Positions 8,625-17,864 of a stretch of 64,000 nucleotides of DNA are shown piece by piece. This DNA comes from an uncultured Spirochaetaceae bacterium (GTDB taxonomy: Bacteria > Spirochaetota > Spirochaetia > DSM-27196 > PWMO01): assembly GCA_964654185.1 (NCBI GenBank), contig CAZZIE010000005.1:4156-68155 (forward strand), in the 5' to 3' direction. Positions within the stretch are counted from its first letter, which is position 1. The number at the start of each line of letters is the position of its first letter. The notes beneath the pieces were generated by a model that was given only the letters and a program-made list of their open reading frames with translations, was not told the origin of the DNA and searched no databases. The translations under genes were made by a program, and so were the position numbers.

Positions 8625-9035
8625 ATGCAACGAGTTCTCTCCTTTTCGACGAGCGCCCACGAGGAGCTCATCGACATCACCGATCGGGTCTCCGGAGTCG
8701 TTGCCGAGAGCGGCGTCACGACCGGTGTGTGCGCCGTGTACTCCCGCGGGGCGACCGCGGGCATTATGATCCAGGAGAACTGGGACGACAGCGTGCAGCA
8801 GGACGTGATCGCGCTGCTCCGAAAGCTCGCCCCGCAGGGGGTGTGGCTCCACGACCGGCAGGACGGCAATGCGGACTCCCACCTCAAGTCCGGCCTGGTC
8901 GGCGCGAGCGAGACGATTCCCATAATCGACGGACAACTCGGCCTCTCCACGTGGCAGAACATCTTCTTCTGCGAGTTCGACGGTCCCCGTCGCACCCGGG
9001 AAGCGGTCGTCACCATTCTGCGGTCCACCGGGTAG
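8625..9035 (+). CDS. YjbQ/UPF0047 family (secondary thiamine-phosphate synthase-like) protein
   Basis: I start at ATG 8625. TAGIMIQENWDDSVQQD, NADSHLKSGLVGASETIPIIDGQLGLSTWQNIFFCEFDGPR are typical UPF0047 blocks. Confidence 0.85.
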   Translation: MQRVLSFSTSAHEELIDITDRVSGVVAESGVTTGVCAVYSRGATAGIMIQENWDDSVQQDVIALLRKLAPQGVWLHDRQDGNADSHLKSGLVGASETIPIIDGQLGLSTWQNIFFCEFDGPRRTREAVVTILRSTG

Positions 9036-9085
9036 GTGTGCGCGTGGGCCTGTATACATCGATCCTCAGTATCTGAAGGGGTGTA

Positions 9086-9727
9086 TTGAGAGCCATGTCC
9101 GGCAAGATGTGTCCGAAGCTGATTCTGGAAGGCACGCGACTCACGTTCAAGACCGAGATCGCCTTTGCCCTGAATGAGCATCCCCGGGTTGTGGGACCGC
9201 GGAAGTATCGGTACCACTCGCCGCTTGTTTCCGCGGAGTGGTGCGCCTTCACCAACTTCGCATGGGGGCGCGGCATGATCAACTTCGAGCCGGAGGAGGA
9301 GGTCCTGGCCCTGGAAGCGTACGAGACGTGGACCCGCCTCTTCGAGCTGCAGCGCTACTACTCCTGGATCCTGGACCGCTGGCACATCTCGACGCTGGCG
9401 CACCAGCTCCGCGTCCGCGGCCGCCGCTACGACTTCAGCGACCTGGAGCGGCGCATGGCCGCCGTCGGCTTCCACCTGGTCCACCTTACCCGCACCGCGG
9501 ACTCCTTCGCCGCTGCCCGGGAAGAGCGCCTCAAGGTCTCCGGCAACCCCTCACAGTACGACGACCTCTCGCTGTTCCTGGAGGAGCAGTCACTCATGGA
9601 AGATCTGATTCAGAGATCGATGCTGCCGGCCGTGCGCATTGACATCTCCGACAACAACGTCGGCCGCGCCGTCGAGGAGATCGCCGACCACCTGCACGAA
9701 ACCGGCGCCATCTGGGCGGACTACTGA
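9086..9727 (+). CDS. Thymidylate-kinase-fold-like protein with degenerate Walker A
   Basis: KLILEGTRLTFKTEIAF sits where Tmk has IVIEGLEGAGKTT. ILDRWHISTLAHQL matches the Tmk DR[YH]xxSxxAYQ block (E. coli VIGDRHDLSTQAYQ). No other family recognised. Confidence 0.55.
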   Translation: MRAMSGKMCPKLILEGTRLTFKTEIAFALNEHPRVVGPRKYRYHSPLVSAEWCAFTNFAWGRGMINFEPEEEVLALEAYETWTRLFELQRYYSWILDRWHISTLAHQLRVRGRRYDFSDLERRMAAVGFHLVHLTRTADSFAAAREERLKVSGNPSQYDDLSLFLEEQSLMEDLIQRSMLPAVRIDISDNNVGRAVEEIADHLHETGAIWADY

Positions 9728-9798
9728 GCGGGATGCCGCAGCCGGGACGCGCAAACGCTCGGCCGAGTGACGCGTGGTCCGGGGCTCCGGACAAAAAG

Positions 9799-9825
9799 AG
9801 AGCGGACCCGGAGATCCGCTCTTTT
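9799..9825. terminator. Bidirectional terminator hairpin between convergent genes
   Basis: AGAGCGGA-cccggaga-TCCGCTCT is a perfect 8-bp stem. It is flanked by AAAAA upstream and TTTT downstream, so it can serve both the 9086 gene and the RRM gene. Confidence 0.6.
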
Positions 9826-9891
9826 CATGGTTGTTTGAAGTTTACGTCGTGCGGTCGAGACCGGGATCCGGTCGTAACCGCCGTACGGACG

Positions 9892-10155
9892 CTACCAGCG
9901 GCGATCGTTCCGCGGCTTCGCCTCGTTCACCTTCAACTGCCGACCGTCGAAATCGTGCCCATTCAGGGCGTTCTCCGCGGCGCGTGCTTCCTCTTCAGTA
10001 GCCATCTCAATGAAGCCGAAGCCCCGAGAGCGACCGGTGTCACGATCGGTGATGACGTTTGCTGAAACTACTTCACCGTATTGGGCGAAGAGGTCGCGGA
10101 GCTCATTCTCCTGCGTCTGGTAGTTGAGGTTGCCGACATAAAGCTTGCTGGCCAT
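9892..10155 (-). CDS. RRM-type RNA-binding protein (87 aa)
   Basis: MASKLYVGNLNYQT (RNP2) and RGFGFIEM (RNP1). I start at ATG 10155, with the SD GAAGGAGAG upstream. Confidence 0.9.
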   Translation of the reverse strand: MASKLYVGNLNYQTQENELRDLFAQYGEVVSANVITDRDTGRSRGFGFIEMATEEEARAAENALNGHDFDGRQLKVNEAKPRNDRRW

Positions 10156-10265
10156 AGAAACTCTCCTTCTGCTCAAGGCAGATACGAAATTTGTTCGGAA
10201 TGCGAAAGGCTTACTCTGACTTGAACCATGAAGGAAAGCAGAAAAGCAGTCACGAAATCCGAAAT
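10156..10265 (-). promoter_or_regulatory. Conserved 5' leader of the RRM gene with an anti-SD block
   Basis: A 34-nt block is shared with the paralog leader (plus strand TGAAGGAAAGCAGAAAAGCAGTCACGAAATCCGA, 10228-10263). In sense it contains CUUUCCUUC (10230-10238), which is complementary to the SD GAAGGAGAG (10161-10169). Confidence 0.45.
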
Positions 10266-10429
10266 CCAAAATACGGTACCCTTGATTTCGCCAAGAGTCA
10301 ACGGATATTCTGCCGTTTTCGCCGAATCGGTCGGCGACCGAAGAATGCTGCGTCAGGGCGCTCTTGGCGGTGTCGCGAACCGGCGCCGGGCGCTTGTCGC
10401 GGCCCGTACACCTCGTCTACTCTGCGCCC

Positions 10430-10912
10430 ATGAGGATCATCCTGGGCATACTTGCAGCACTTCTTACCGGTACCGCCATTGCCATGCAGTCAACTCTCAA
10501 CGGCCGTGTCGGCGCGGTGATAGGTCCAATCCGAACAGGCCTGGCAGTGAACGCTCTCGGCGGCAGCATGGCCCTCCTTGTCATTGCCGTGCTGGTGCTT
10601 CTGGCGCACTGGAACGTCATTCCAGGGCCATTCTCCGCGGCGCGAGAGGCCGGAAAGGTGGGAGCGACCTTCCTGATGCTCCTCGCCGCAGGCCTTCTTG
10701 GAATCGTCATTATCAGCGGCGTCTCATTCGCGGTGCAGGGAGTCGGCGTCACCGCAGGCCTGGCAGCGGTCATCCTGGCACAGCTTGTCGTCGGACTCGT
10801 CATCGACGCGGTCGGCGGCGGAAGCATTGGCGCCATTGCGATCGACTTCCGGCGCATTGCCGGGATCATTGCAATGGCGGTGGGGGTTTATCTGCTGGTG
10901 CCGCGGGGGTGA
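10430..10912 (+). CDS. DUF606 / YdcZ-like DMT-superfamily membrane protein
   Basis: I start at ATG 10430 (MRIILGILAALLTGTAIAMQSTLNGRVG). Five predicted TM helices in about 160 aa. Confidence 0.7.
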   Translation: MRIILGILAALLTGTAIAMQSTLNGRVGAVIGPIRTGLAVNALGGSMALLVIAVLVLLAHWNVIPGPFSAAREAGKVGATFLMLLAAGLLGIVIISGVSFAVQGVGVTAGLAAVILAQLVVGLVIDAVGGGSIGAIAIDFRRIAGIIAMAVGVYLLVPRG

Positions 10913-11070
10913 TGGCTGCCCGGTCCGTGTGTTCGCCACGTGTCACAACTTCCGGGCGGCCATCGCCGTCCCAGTTTCCGCAAGGACTTTGTCCCAACCA
11001 TGCCGACCTCACCAACGGTAGTGTGCCAATAGCAGGGAGGCGCACGCCAGATTTCAATTCCCGGTGATTG

Positions 11071-12249
11071 TTACTTTCGAATGACTTCCCTTGGAGCCGA
11101 GTTCAACCTGGCAGATCCGTCAGCGGTGACTACGAATCCATCTTCAAAGCGAAAGCCTCCCCAAGGCGCGAGAAACAGCGGTATGTCGATGGAGAAGACC
11201 ATGTTTTCTTGTACCAGTTGTGTACTGTACTGTGAGAGTATCGGTGGCTCGAACTCCGCCATCCCTACACTGTGAACACCAGAATACACAAAGTACTCAC
11301 CCAACCCCTTCTGATCCAGGAGACGGCGAGCCGGCAGTTCGACATCGGCGCCAGATACGCCAGGCCGAAGAGCTTTCTCCGCCTCGTGCTGCGCATCCAG
11401 CGCCACTTGTAGTGCGAACTCGATGTCGTCAGACACACTTCCTACAACCACCGGACGACCAATGGCAGGATTGTATCCTCTGAACCTGGGTCCAATTGTG
11501 ACCAGAACTAGCTCGTCGTTCTTGATCTTCCTGTCAGTAGGTCGCACCACAATCGGGTGCGTATGTTCCGACCCACTCGCCACAATTGGATCTATTGCAA
11601 AGCCTTCGGCGCCCCGAGCCCTCATCACTGCTTCCCCGGCAGCGGCGACCTCACGTTCCGACACCCCCACTTTGATGGCGTCTACACACGCTGATAGCGC
11701 TTCGTCCGCGATCGAGTATCCGTGCCGGATGATTTCGATTTCGGTCGAGGACTTGACACTTCTCAGTGAGACCAACATGTTATTGGCATCGAACCAACTG
11801 GCCGATGGAGGCAGGACCCCCTGGAGTTTTGTGAAGGTAGCCCATGGAACGACGTCAAGCCCCACGAATCCGATGGAATTGATCGCACCTCCCATATTGG
11901 CGCTCATCCACTTCAGAATCGACGAAAGCGACTCCATCTTCGTGTACGGATAATCTTCACCCGGTATGGCGAACTCTTCGATGACGCGAATGTCCCAAAT
12001 CGCTGAATGAAGACGGGCGTATTCAGGAGTCTCAGGACCGACTCCGAGAACCGGTTCGCCAACGGCCGGGAGGATCACCATGGCGTCCTCAAAATGGGTC
12101 GGAAAATCACTTAGATACCGTACATTGCCGGGGCCGAAGACCGCCTTGTCGTTCGATAACGCGATCAGTACGTCTGTACCGTTTCCAGCCATGTCTTGCT
12201 GGAGTCGTTTCCAACGTTCTGCGAAATCAGGATTGTCGTACATCAACAC
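11071..12249 (-). CDS. M24 family metallopeptidase (Xaa-Pro peptidase / creatinase / ectoine-hydrolase-like)
   Basis: 392 aa with a creatinase-type N-domain. The pita-bread C-domain includes SVKSSTEIEIIRHGYSIADEAL, PIVASGSEHTHPIV, GYNPAIGRP and FEDGFVVT. Confidence 0.8.
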   Translation of the reverse strand: MLMYDNPDFAERWKRLQQDMAGNGTDVLIALSNDKAVFGPGNVRYLSDFPTHFEDAMVILPAVGEPVLGVGPETPEYARLHSAIWDIRVIEEFAIPGEDYPYTKMESLSSILKWMSANMGGAINSIGFVGLDVVPWATFTKLQGVLPPSASWFDANNMLVSLRSVKSSTEIEIIRHGYSIADEALSACVDAIKVGVSEREVAAAGEAVMRARGAEGFAIDPIVASGSEHTHPIVVRPTDRKIKNDELVLVTIGPRFRGYNPAIGRPVVVGSVSDDIEFALQVALDAQHEAEKALRPGVSGADVELPARRLLDQKGLGEYFVYSGVHSVGMAEFEPPILSQYSTQLVQENMVFSIDIPLFLAPWGGFRFEDGFVVTADGSARLNSAPREVIRK

Positions 12250-12348
12250 AGTCCTCCCTTTCCGATAGCGCCTACGTCAAGGTGTAGGCAGAATCGCGCA
12301 TATTGACACGAACAGTGTGGCTTCCAGGATTCACTACCGAGGCCGACA

Positions 12349-13068
12349 TCACGCAGTGAGTGCGACAGCCCTGATGGGCGAAGCCGAGCCTCGCCGTATG
12401 TTCAGGGGCAAAGCCATGAACAGGCACTCATCAGGCAGTTGATCCAAGTTTGTCAGGTTTTCCATGATGAGTATCTTGCGCGCTAAAAAAGTGTCATGGG
12501 CCGGAATTTCGGTACTTCCATCACAATCAAGGCCTATGCAATCCGTACCGACGGCACGAACACCTTTCTCTGCCAGGTAGAGTGCGGCTTGCCGATCGAG
12601 CCCAGGCCAGTCCTGTGCAAACTCGAATCTGCGCTCGGAAGTAGTCCATCTGTGGTGCCAGCCGAAATTGCAGATGACAATGTCGCCATCGTCTATAACA
12701 ACATGTTCGTCTTCCCATCGGAGTACAGCATCCCTAGTAAGCAACCTATCCTTGTCGTAGCCAGGCAGATGCAGCACCTTGGCAGGCCCAAAGAGCGCAG
12801 AAATTGGAACGGAGTCCATCCAAACATCATCACGATTGCCCACGCCTTCCCGAAGGTAGTGAGCCGGCGCGTCCACATGGGTGCCGTTATGCTCATGCAT
12901 GAGTATCTGGAACATCACTGCTGGATCGTTAGGCTTCTCCCACTTCATGTGGTAGAAGCTTGAGTGAGTCGGAAACACAGGAATGTCCTCCTGTAGCTGA
13001 TGCGACAGATCAACCCACTTCAGAGCAGAGACTTCTTTCGCCAACTCGCGCAGATCCTTCACATCCAT
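12349..13068 (-). CDS. Cyclase family protein (kynurenine-formamidase-like)
   Basis: HNGTHVDAPAH matches the HxGTHxDxPxH motif of the putative cyclase family. I start at ATG 13068 (MDVKDLREL). Confidence 0.8.
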   Translation of the reverse strand: MDVKDLRELAKEVSALKWVDLSHQLQEDIPVFPTHSSFYHMKWEKPNDPAVMFQILMHEHNGTHVDAPAHYLREGVGNRDDVWMDSVPISALFGPAKVLHLPGYDKDRLLTRDAVLRWEDEHVVIDDGDIVICNFGWHHRWTTSERRFEFAQDWPGLDRQAALYLAEKGVRAVGTDCIGLDCDGSTEIPAHDTFLARKILIMENLTNLDQLPDECLFMALPLNIRRGSASPIRAVALTA

Positions 13069-13081
13069 TGGCTCTCCTCCA

Positions 13082-14035
13082 CTAATCCGACGTCTGCAGG
13101 AATGCGTTGCCACCGGCCACCAGGATCATCACACCACCTTGAATGGCGAGGCGGCCGCCTACCTCTATGCCTCCGATTTGAACGCCACTGGTTATGAACA
13201 CCAGGATCGCTGCGCCGAGAACTGCTCCGAAAACCGTGCCACTCCCACCCTGCAGACTTGCACCGCTCAAGAAGGCGATGGTTACGATGGTCCAACCAAG
13301 TGTCTGACCGGCGTCAGGACGGATGGTCATCACCCGGGATGTGAGAACAATTCCCGCGATAGCAGCGAGAACGCCAAGCAAGGCGTAAACGGTGATCTTC
13401 AGCGCTCGCACGTTCATACCGGTCATCCGAGCGACGCGCTCGCTCTTCCCCATCATCCGGAACTTCCTTCCAAGTCCAGATCGATTCATTAGGACGAGAA
13501 GGAACGCCAGAATGATGAGGAGAAAAATCAGTTGCAGGGGGAACGCTCCCAGCTCAGTCTGACCAATTACGGCGTAATTTGCTGGGAGCTCTGTTATCGG
13601 TGTGCCGTTTGTTAGGGCAAGCGCTATGCCATAGAAGATGAACTGTGTAGAAATGGTGATTATCAGCGGGGGGAATGGAGTAAAAGCTGCAAGAACTCCA
13701 TTGATCATCCCTGCGGACATTCCGACGATAAGTGCGATCACTATGCAGAGCCACAGACTTACACCACTCTCAGCCAGGAGGCCCAACACCACCGCTGACA
13801 GACCAAGTATGGAACCAAGTGAAAGGTCCAAGAGACCGGCGATAAGCCCTATCGTGATCGCAAGTCCAAGCAGGCCGATCTCAACGATTTTCTGGCTAAG
13901 AAGGGTGAAGTTGAACGGCGATAGGAACATAGGGACCAAAGCCCCCATTATTGCCGTAATGACCGCCAGAATTGCCAGGAGCAACCAGTTTCTCCGCAGC
14001 TTGCCTTCGGCCATGAATAGCTTCGAAAAACCCAT
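13082..14035 (-). CDS. Sugar ABC transporter permease (CUT2 / ribose-type)
   Basis: 317 aa, polytopic. Typical BPD_transp_2-like sequence (IDLSLGSILGLSAVV.., GGSGTVFGAVLGA). Confidence 0.85.
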   Translation of the reverse strand: MGFSKLFMAEGKLRRNWLLLAILAVITAIMGALVPMFLSPFNFTLLSQKIVEIGLLGLAITIGLIAGLLDLSLGSILGLSAVVLGLLAESGVSLWLCIVIALIVGMSAGMINGVLAAFTPFPPLIITISTQFIFYGIALALTNGTPITELPANYAVIGQTELGAFPLQLIFLLIILAFLLVLMNRSGLGRKFRMMGKSERVARMTGMNVRALKITVYALLGVLAAIAGIVLTSRVMTIRPDAGQTLGWTIVTIAFLSGASLQGGSGTVFGAVLGAAILVFITSGVQIGGIEVGGRLAIQGGVMILVAGGNAFLQTSD

Positions 14036-14036
14036 A

Positions 14037-15017
14037 CTATGACACCTGGATGTGAGATCGACGAAGCGCCATATCGCGTGTCAGCGAAGCGAGGATCAAC
14101 ATTCCCAGCACCGCCTGGTACCACTGAGGAGGCACGTTCACTGCGACCAAACCAATGCTCATCACGCCTATCAGAAGCGCCCCTATGACAGGCTGAATTA
14201 CCGTTCCCCGGCCACCAAACGGATCGACACCGCCGACGATGCATGCGGCGACAGTGGAGAGCACATAGTCGTAACCGATATCGGTCTGTACGTATCCGTA
14301 CTGACCGGCGAGTACGAGTGCAGCAATCCCTACAAGCACCCCACTAATGACAAAGGTCCATATCTTTATGACGTGGATGTTGAGGCCCTTTAGGATAGCC
14401 GCTCTCGGATTGTCTCCAATGGCATACACGCGCAAGCCAAACCGAGTCTTGGAAATCACGTACCACGCAACTAGCGCCACCAGAATCAGCGTAATCAATG
14501 GTACAGGGATTCCGACGATCCGGGACTGTCCAACGGCGACGAGCCAGCGTGGCAAGTCAGAGAACCACTGACCGCCAGCCACAATCAACGTGAAACCCCG
14601 GAATAGGAACATGGTACCGATTGTGGCAATGATGGAAGGTAGTCGTCCGAGGGACACGAGCAGCCCGTTCACTGTGCCCAACACAATGCCGATTGCCACC
14701 ACCAATGCGAACGAAGCCCAAATGCCGTTAATCAGCCCGTCCGTTGCGAGTGAGGCCAGAATGGTTGCCTGGAGCGCAAGCATTGACCCGACCGACAAGT
14801 CATAGTCTCCACCAATGATCACAACCCCTGCTCCGATCGATCCAATGGCAATGACTGTCGATGCTCGGATAATGTTCAGTATGCTTGGAATCTTGAAAAG
14901 GTTCGGGTTGATCAGTCCGAAGATAACCCACAGAAGAAGCGTCACCGCGAGTGCCTGTAACTCGCTCCTGTTCGCGATCCTTCGTACCAGTTGGCGGCGG
15001 GAGATCGCCTGCGTCAT
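14037..15017 (-). CDS. Sugar ABC transporter permease (CUT2 / ribose-type)
   Basis: 326 aa, polytopic (GDYDLSVGSMLAL.., GGRGTVIQPVIGALL). It abuts the neighbouring permease and overlaps the ATPase gene. Confidence 0.85.
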   Translation of the reverse strand: MTQAISRRQLVRRIANRSELQALAVTLLLWVIFGLINPNLFKIPSILNIIRASTVIAIGSIGAGVVIIGGDYDLSVGSMLALQATILASLATDGLINGIWASFALVVAIGIVLGTVNGLLVSLGRLPSIIATIGTMFLFRGFTLIVAGGQWFSDLPRWLVAVGQSRIVGIPVPLITLILVALVAWYVISKTRFGLRVYAIGDNPRAAILKGLNIHVIKIWTFVISGVLVGIAALVLAGQYGYVQTDIGYDYVLSTVAACIVGGVDPFGGRGTVIQPVIGALLIGVMSIGLVAVNVPPQWYQAVLGMLILASLTRDMALRRSHIQVS

Positions 15018-16513
15018 TGTGAGGCCCCCATAGATGCCATTAGCACTGACTGGATAGTTGCTTCCGAATGGTCAAACTCACGTACGATTCTCCCTTCGTG
15101 CATGACGATGATCCGGTCGCAGGTCGCGACCAACTCCTCGGTATCAGAGGAAATCATCAGAATTCCCTTGCCCTCTCGAGCGAGTTGATCAAGCATCTGG
15201 TGAATTTCTGCTTTGGTCTTAACATCAATGCCCTGGGTGGGCTCGTCCAAGAGCAGAACTTCGGGCTGAGTGTTGAGCCATTTGCCCAGGAGGACCTTCT
15301 GCTGATTTCCGCCGCTAAGGTTTGCGACATGTGTTTCTATTGAAGGAGCCTTGATGCTCAGTCGCTCAAGATTCGTGCTGGCGATCCTTTGCTCCTCGCG
15401 GAGTCTGAGCAAGCCGTTTCCCCCGAGTTCTCGAAGAATCGCCAAAGTTGCGTTATGCCGTAGGGGCGCGCTAAGGACAAGGCCGTCCTCTTGTCGATTC
15501 TCGGGCAGGTACGCAATTCCCGCACGAATGGCAGCATCCGGGCTGCCCTTCTTGATCCGCGCACGTCGGACTTCGACACTACCTTCATCGTAATCGCGAA
15601 CTCCGAAAACCGTCTGTGCCAGTTCGGACCGCCCTGCGCCCAACAAGCCTGCAAGACCAACGATCTCGCCTTCGTGGATTGAGAAGCTGGCGTCGGCGAA
15701 AGCAGGTCGACCGGATACGCCTCTTATGCGCAGCAGCTCGGCCCCGCGCCGGTTATACGTTCGCGCTGGGTAGAGGTCTCCCACCTTCTCGCCAACGATT
15801 TGCTCGACTATCTCCTCCTTAGATGTCTTCTCCATTAGCTTCGAGGCGACAAGTCGCCCATCTCGAAGCACCGACACGACGTCGGCCAGGCCCATGATTT
15901 CTTCAATCCGATGACTTATGTAGATTACGATCGCACCTTCGTCCCGGAGCTCACGTATGGCTGTGAGCAGCCTCTCGCTCTCCTCTCGCTCGAGCGCTGC
16001 AGTCGGTTCATCAAAAATGAAGACATGAGAATCACGCGAAAGCGCGTCGACAACTTGGACTAAGACCTTCTCCATGACTGAGATCTGACCCATCTCCCGC
16101 TGCAAGAGGCTGCGATTCAGGTCGAATCGGTCTAGGAGTTGATAGACCCGCTCGTAAAGGTCTTCCCACTTCACGCGCCCAAGCGAACGTACGCCTTCCC
16201 TCCCCATGAACACGTTCTCCCCAACCGAGAGGCTCGGGAAGTACTCTATGTGCTGGAAGACATGCGATATCGCCAAGTCCCGCTGCCTATGCCTGGAAGC
16301 TGAGTAGTCGGCTCCATCCAGTACTATGCGTCCTTGGTCGGGCTTCACTACCCCTGAGATCACTTTTACCAACGTGCTCTTACCCGCACCGTTCTTGCCC
16401 ACAAGAGCATGGATCTGCCGCGCGTTGATGTCGAGATCGACAGCGTCAAGAGCGAGAACCCCATCATAGCTCTTGGTGATCTGATGAAGCGAAAGAGTCG
16501 AATCCACAACCAA
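15014..16513 (-). CDS. Sugar ABC transporter ATP-binding protein (duplicated ABC domains)
   Basis: 499 aa. Walker A GKNGAGKST, signature LSGGNQQKV, and a second nucleotide-binding domain typical of RbsA/MglA-type ATPases. Confidence 0.9.
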   Translation of the reverse strand: MVVDSTLSLHQITKSYDGVLALDAVDLDINARQIHALVGKNGAGKSTLVKVISGVVKPDQGRIVLDGADYSASRHRQRDLAISHVFQHIEYFPSLSVGENVFMGREGVRSLGRVKWEDLYERVYQLLDRFDLNRSLLQREMGQISVMEKVLVQVVDALSRDSHVFIFDEPTAALEREESERLLTAIRELRDEGAIVIYISHRIEEIMGLADVVSVLRDGRLVASKLMEKTSKEEIVEQIVGEKVGDLYPARTYNRRGAELLRIRGVSGRPAFADASFSIHEGEIVGLAGLLGAGRSELAQTVFGVRDYDEGSVEVRRARIKKGSPDAAIRAGIAYLPENRQEDGLVLSAPLRHNATLAILRELGGNGLLRLREEQRIASTNLERLSIKAPSIETHVANLSGGNQQKVLLGKWLNTQPEVLLLDEPTQGIDVKTKAEIHQMLDQLAREGKGILMISSDTEELVATCDRIIVMHEGRIVREFDHSEATIQSVLMASMGASQ

Positions 16514-16600
16514 GCCTCTTCTACCTCAGGTTCCGTAGCGGTAGACAATTGACTACATACGGTTTGTCGTCAGGATACAAGCGGCGTCCCAATCGACGCG

Positions 16601-16647
16601 GCAGGACACAAGTGGACGGTCAGTCGGGTATCCACTTGTTGTCCTGC
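16601..16647 (-). promoter_or_regulatory. Long intercistronic hairpin between the binding-protein and ATPase genes
   Basis: GCAGGACACAAGTGGA...TCCACTTGTTGTCCTGC forms a stem of about 16 bp with one bulged T. It lies in the 164-nt gap after the binding-protein stop. Confidence 0.5.
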
Positions 16648-16677
16648 ACCCACCGATCTGAGTCAGCGAAGCGTCAC

Positions 16678-17712
16678 CTAGAAGTTGTAGTTCTCGACGT
16701 TGTCCTTGTCGAATACGAGTGGCGGTCCAAGGAGCACCCATTCCTGATCGGGCATGTACTTCGGGTAGCCCTCTTCGAGGGCCTCAAATTGCTGAATCCC
16801 CGGCACTTCAGCTGAAAGAGAACCACCCTCGACAAGCTGTTTGCCGACCCAGACAGAAAGGTAGCCAAGGGCCTTCACGTCCCAAAGGACACCGTGTTGA
16901 ACGGCCGACTCGCCTTCTGTCAGGTACTTGCGCATGTTGTTTGGTGTGGTTATCGCAACACCTTTGATGTCCGATGTAACACCAGCCTGTTCTGCGGCGG
17001 CAGCGATGCCCGGACCGGCTGCAGAATGCATACCGACGTATCCTGAGATCTCAGGGCGGGTGTTCATCATCGTGGTGACGGTGTCAACAACCTTATCGAA
17101 TGTAACGCCAGGTGCTTCGATTCCGGTTAGAGTCATCGTGTCACTGTATTCCGCTTCGTACCGCTCTTCTACATAGCCCATCCATTCATTGAGCTGGTTT
17201 GAAGCAAGATCACCTGTAATTATCGCGAACTGCCCTTCTTCGTTCATCTCCTCAGCAAGTACATCCATGACGGTGTAGCCCAACTCGTCGGGGGCAACCT
17301 GCTGGACCATTACTTCACGTTCAGAATTGGGCGCATCCGAATCCCAGGTGAAGACCTGCATGCCGGCTTCAAGGGCTTTGGCTATCGCCGATTCGATAAC
17401 ATTTGCGTCCATGACGGAAATCCCAATGGCATCCACTCCCCGCAAAATGAGATTGTTCACCACGTCGACTTGTTGGCTCGCGTCCGGTTCGCTGGGGCCA
17501 ATATAGTCGACGGTCACACCGAGTTCTTCCGCCGCCATCATGGCCCCCTCTTCGGCCACCGTGAAGTAAGGGATCCCTTCCCACTTTGGGACAATGGCAA
17601 TTGTGATCTCGTCACTTTCCTCAGCCTCACTACTTCCAGCCGCGTACGCCGTAAAGGCGATGGCGAGCATCATCGCTGCAACGATAAGGCTTCGAACATA
17701 CCAGCGATTCAT
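16678..17712 (-). CDS. Periplasmic sugar-binding protein (CUT2, Peripla_BP_4-like)
   Basis: I start at ATG 17712 (MNRWYVRSLIVAAMMLAIAFTAYAAGSSEA), preceded by GGAGG. The body is binding-protein-like. Confidence 0.85.
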   Translation of the reverse strand: MNRWYVRSLIVAAMMLAIAFTAYAAGSSEAEESDEITIAIVPKWEGIPYFTVAEEGAMMAAEELGVTVDYIGPSEPDASQQVDVVNNLILRGVDAIGISVMDANVIESAIAKALEAGMQVFTWDSDAPNSEREVMVQQVAPDELGYTVMDVLAEEMNEEGQFAIITGDLASNQLNEWMGYVEERYEAEYSDTMTLTGIEAPGVTFDKVVDTVTTMMNTRPEISGYVGMHSAAGPGIAAAAEQAGVTSDIKGVAITTPNNMRKYLTEGESAVQHGVLWDVKALGYLSVWVGKQLVEGGSLSAEVPGIQQFEALEEGYPKYMPDQEWVLLGPPLVFDKDNVENYNF

Positions 17713-17864
17713 AACAGAACCTCCTTGTTTTGCCCGGGTTGACCTTGCAACCCACCCGAGAGTCAAGACGAAATGCCCTGCCCAGGCTCCTCTTGGGAAT
17801 GCCCGAACAAGGAGTATTCTGAAACCACTTCTGAGAGACTGCAATGGACGATTCGTGACAGTGC

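Noticed and set aside
10998-11013. Possible att-like direct repeats at the island borders: CCATGCCGACCTCACC (10998-11013) vs CCATACCTGACCGCACC (31577-31593).
   Set aside because: The match is imperfect (about 14 of 17 with a gap), C-rich and short. There is no integrase or tRNA. It is likely chance similarity in GC-rich DNA.
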